A DNA stretch of 19,368 bases, taken from the IMG/VR virus record IMGVR_UViG_2737471862_000006; one strand, given 5' to 3'. The DNA is from a virus. Its lineage: Duplodnaviria; Heunggongvirae; Uroviricota; Caudoviricetes. Of this stretch, positions 17,441-19,368 are shown piece after piece (within the stretch, counting starts at the first letter, position 1; every line of letters begins with the position of its first letter). Position numbers and translations under genes: made by a program. The notes below the pieces were generated by a model that made no database searches, had not been told where the DNA came from, and worked only from the letters and a program-made list of their open reading frames with translations.

Positions 17441-17635
17441 ATGAGATATGACAATGTTAAACCATGTCCATTTTGTGGTTGTCCATCAGTAACGGTGAAA
17501 GCCATTTCAGGATATTACCGAGCGAAGTGTAACGGATGCGAATCCCGAACCGGTTATGGTGGAAGTGAAAAAGAAGCACTCGAACGATGAAATAAACGAA
17601 CCACTGGAAATAATAATGGAGGTGTTCATGTATAA
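17441..17635 (+). pseudogene. ralR: ralR toxin (restriction-alleviation / DNase) interrupted by an in-frame TGA at codon 50
   Basis: MRYDNVKPCPFCGCPSVTVKAISGYYRAKCNGCESRTGYGGSEKEALER then TGA (17588-17590), then in-frame NKRTTGNNNGGVHV and TAA (17633-17635); total 64 codons as in K-12 RalR, where this codon is TGG (Trp) by my recollection. Confidence 0.65.
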
Positions 17636-17816
17636 AATTACCGCCACTATTGAAAAGGAAGGTGGCACTCCTACTAACTGGACAAGATATTCAAAATCTA
17701 AACTAACGAAATCAGAATGCGAAAAAATGCTCTCAGGTAAAAAAGAAGCAGGCGTTTCCAGAGAGCAGAAAGTAAAACTGATAAATTTTAATTGCGAGAA
17801 ACTTCAGTCCTCGTGA
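17628..17816 (+). CDS. rcbA: RcbA/YdaC-like protein, 62 aa
   Basis: MYKITATIEKEGGTPTNWTRYSKSKLTKSECEKMLSGKK...; ATG overlaps the end of the ralR frame; SD GGAGGTG. Confidence 0.65.
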   Translation: MYKITATIEKEGGTPTNWTRYSKSKLTKSECEKMLSGKKEAGVSREQKVKLINFNCEKLQSS

Positions 17817-17915
17817 ATTGCATTGTATTCAAATTAAAACTTCATAGCTGATTATTAATAATCAACATCGGGCGTCAATTTAAGTCTAACATTGGCGCCT
17901 GCCAGAGGTGATGCG

Positions 17916-18131
17916 ATGGCACAAGTAATCTTTAATGAAGAGTGGATGGTTGAATACGGCCTGATGCTTCGCACTGGTCTGGGGGCCAGACAAATTGAAG
18001 CATACCGCCAGAACTGTTGGGTGGAAGGCTTCCACTTCAAACGAGTATCTCCTTTAGGGAAGCCAGACAGTAAGCGAGGGATTATCTGGTATAACTATCC
18101 AAAGATAAATCAGTTTATCAAAGACTCATGA
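17916..18131 (+). CDS. xisR: Excisionase XisR, 71 aa
   Basis: [51 protein letters not shown]...; immediately upstream of the integrase; SD AGAGGTG. Confidence 0.85.
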   Translation: MAQVIFNEEWMVEYGLMLRTGLGARQIEAYRQNCWVEGFHFKRVSPLGKPDSKRGIIWYNYPKINQFIKDS

Positions 18132-18132
18132 T

Positions 18133-19368
18133 ATGTCTAAATTACCAACAGGTGTCGAGATTCGAGGTAAATACATTCGCATCTGGTTCATGTTTCGAGG
18201 AAAACGATGTCGGGAAACATTGAAAGGCTGGGAGGTTACTAACAGTAACATTAAAAAAGCCGGGAATTTAAGAGCGTTGATAGTTCATGAAATCAATTCC
18301 GGTGAGTTTGAGTATTTAAGACGTTTTCCCCAGTCCAGCACTGGGGCAAAAATGGTGACAACGAGGGTCATAAAAACGTTCGGGGAGCTTTGTGATATCT
18401 GGACAAAAATTAAAGAAACAGAGTTAACAACAAACACAATGAAGAAAACGAAATCACAATTAAAAACACTCAGGATAATAATTTGTGAGAGTACTCCGAT
18501 ATCGCATATTCGTTATAGCGATATCTTAAACTACCGGAATGAACTGCTGCATGGAGAAACGCTTTACCTGGATAATCCAAGATCCAACAAAAAAGGAAGA
18601 ACCGTGCGCACAGTTGATAACTATATCGCCCTGCTCTGTTCGTTGTTACGTTTTGCGTATCAGTCGGGATTTATATCAACCAAACCATTTGAAGGAGTAA
18701 AGAAATTACAGAGAAACAGAATAAAGCCTGACCCGTTATGTAAAACAGAATTCAATGCATTAATGGAAAGTGAAAAAGGACAGAGCCAGAACTTGTGGAA
18801 ATTTGCCGTATACTCCGGGCTTCGTCACGGGGAACTGGCTGCTCTGGCGTGGGAGGATGTGGATTTCGAGAAGGGAGTTGTGAATGTCAGAAGAAACCTG
18901 ACGATACTGGATATGTTCGGTCCCCCAAAAACAAATGCGGGGATCCGGACGGTAACACTACTGCAGCCTGCTCTTGAAGCACTGAAGGAGCAATACAAAC
19001 TGACCGGGCATCATCGCAAAAGCGAAATCACTTTTTATCATCGGGAGTACGGCAGAACCGAAAAGCAAAAACTGCATTTTGTTTTCATGCCCAGAGTGTG
19101 TAACGGAAAACAGAAACCTTATTACTCGGTAAGCAGTTTGGGTGCGAGATGGAATGCAGCAGTAAAACGTGCTGGTATTCGCCGCCGTAATCCGTACCAT
19201 ACGCGGCATACTTTTGCCTGCTGGCTGTTGACGGCAGGAGCGAACCCGGCGTTTATAGCCAGCCAGATGGGGCATGAAACTGCGCAGATGGTGTATGAAA
19301 TTTACGGTATGTGGATTGATGACATGAACGACGAACAGGTAGCCATGTTGAATGCGCGGTTATCGTAG
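18133..19368 (+). CDS. intR: Tyrosine integrase IntR, 411 aa
   Basis: Lambda-integrase-family C-terminal catalytic motifs (R...HxxR...Y region: NPYHTRHTFACWLL...); 411 aa as Rac IntR; ends at the window edge with TAG. Confidence 0.95.
   Translation: MSKLPTGVEIRGKYIRIWFMFRGKRCRETLKGWEVTNSNIKKAGNLRALIVHEINSGEFEYLRRFPQSSTGAKMVTTRVIKTFGELCDIWTKIKETELTTNTMKKTKSQLKTLRIIICESTPISHIRYSDILNYRNELLHGETLYLDNPRSNKKGRTVRTVDNYIALLCSLLRFAYQSGFISTKPFEGVKKLQRNRIKPDPLCKTEFNALMESEKGQSQNLWKFAVYSGLRHGELAALAWEDVDFEKGVVNVRRNLTILDMFGPPKTNAGIRTVTLLQPALEALKEQYKLTGHHRKSEITFYHREYGRTEKQKLHFVFMPRVCNGKQKPYYSVSSLGARWNAAVKRAGIRRRNPYHTRHTFACWLLTAGANPAFIASQMGHETAQMVYEIYGMWIDDMNDEQVAMLNARLS

Noticed and set aside
1-19368. CRISPR array or other tandem-repeat array
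   Set aside because: No regularly spaced direct repeats of 25-40 bp were seen anywhere in the window.

Overview
The window is a Rac-like lambdoid prophage arm of an enterobacterial (E. coli-type) genome, running from the lysis cassette at the left to the integrase at the right (attachment site is beyond the window). Right half (plus strand): racR-like repressor, ydaG, ydaF, kilR, ydaE, racC, recE, recT, ralR (with an in-frame TGA), rcbA/ydaC, xisR, intR, with sieB convergent on the minus strand. Left half (minus strand): Cro-like ydaS and ydaT-like genes, then a DUF1367-like gene, a ybcO-like gene, a Q-like antiterminator, two tandem lipoproteins with TolA C-terminal-domain-like tails, and a pinholin / SAR endolysin / Rz / Rz1 lysis cassette. 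Between the immunity region and the nin/Q genes, where replication genes normally sit, lies a ~5 kb AT-rich island (about 5050-10100; roughly 30% GC versus 55-57% in recE on hand-counted sample lines). The island carries a tightly coupled three-gene operon (363, 415 and 218 aa) with its own candidate promoter and terminator and no motifs I can assign to a known family; this is the best candidate for an undescribed accessory or defence module. It also carries a yeaR-like (DUF1971) gene with an NsrR-type operator and a 28-aa hydrophobic small ORF. All homology statements are from memory of protein families; no database search was run.
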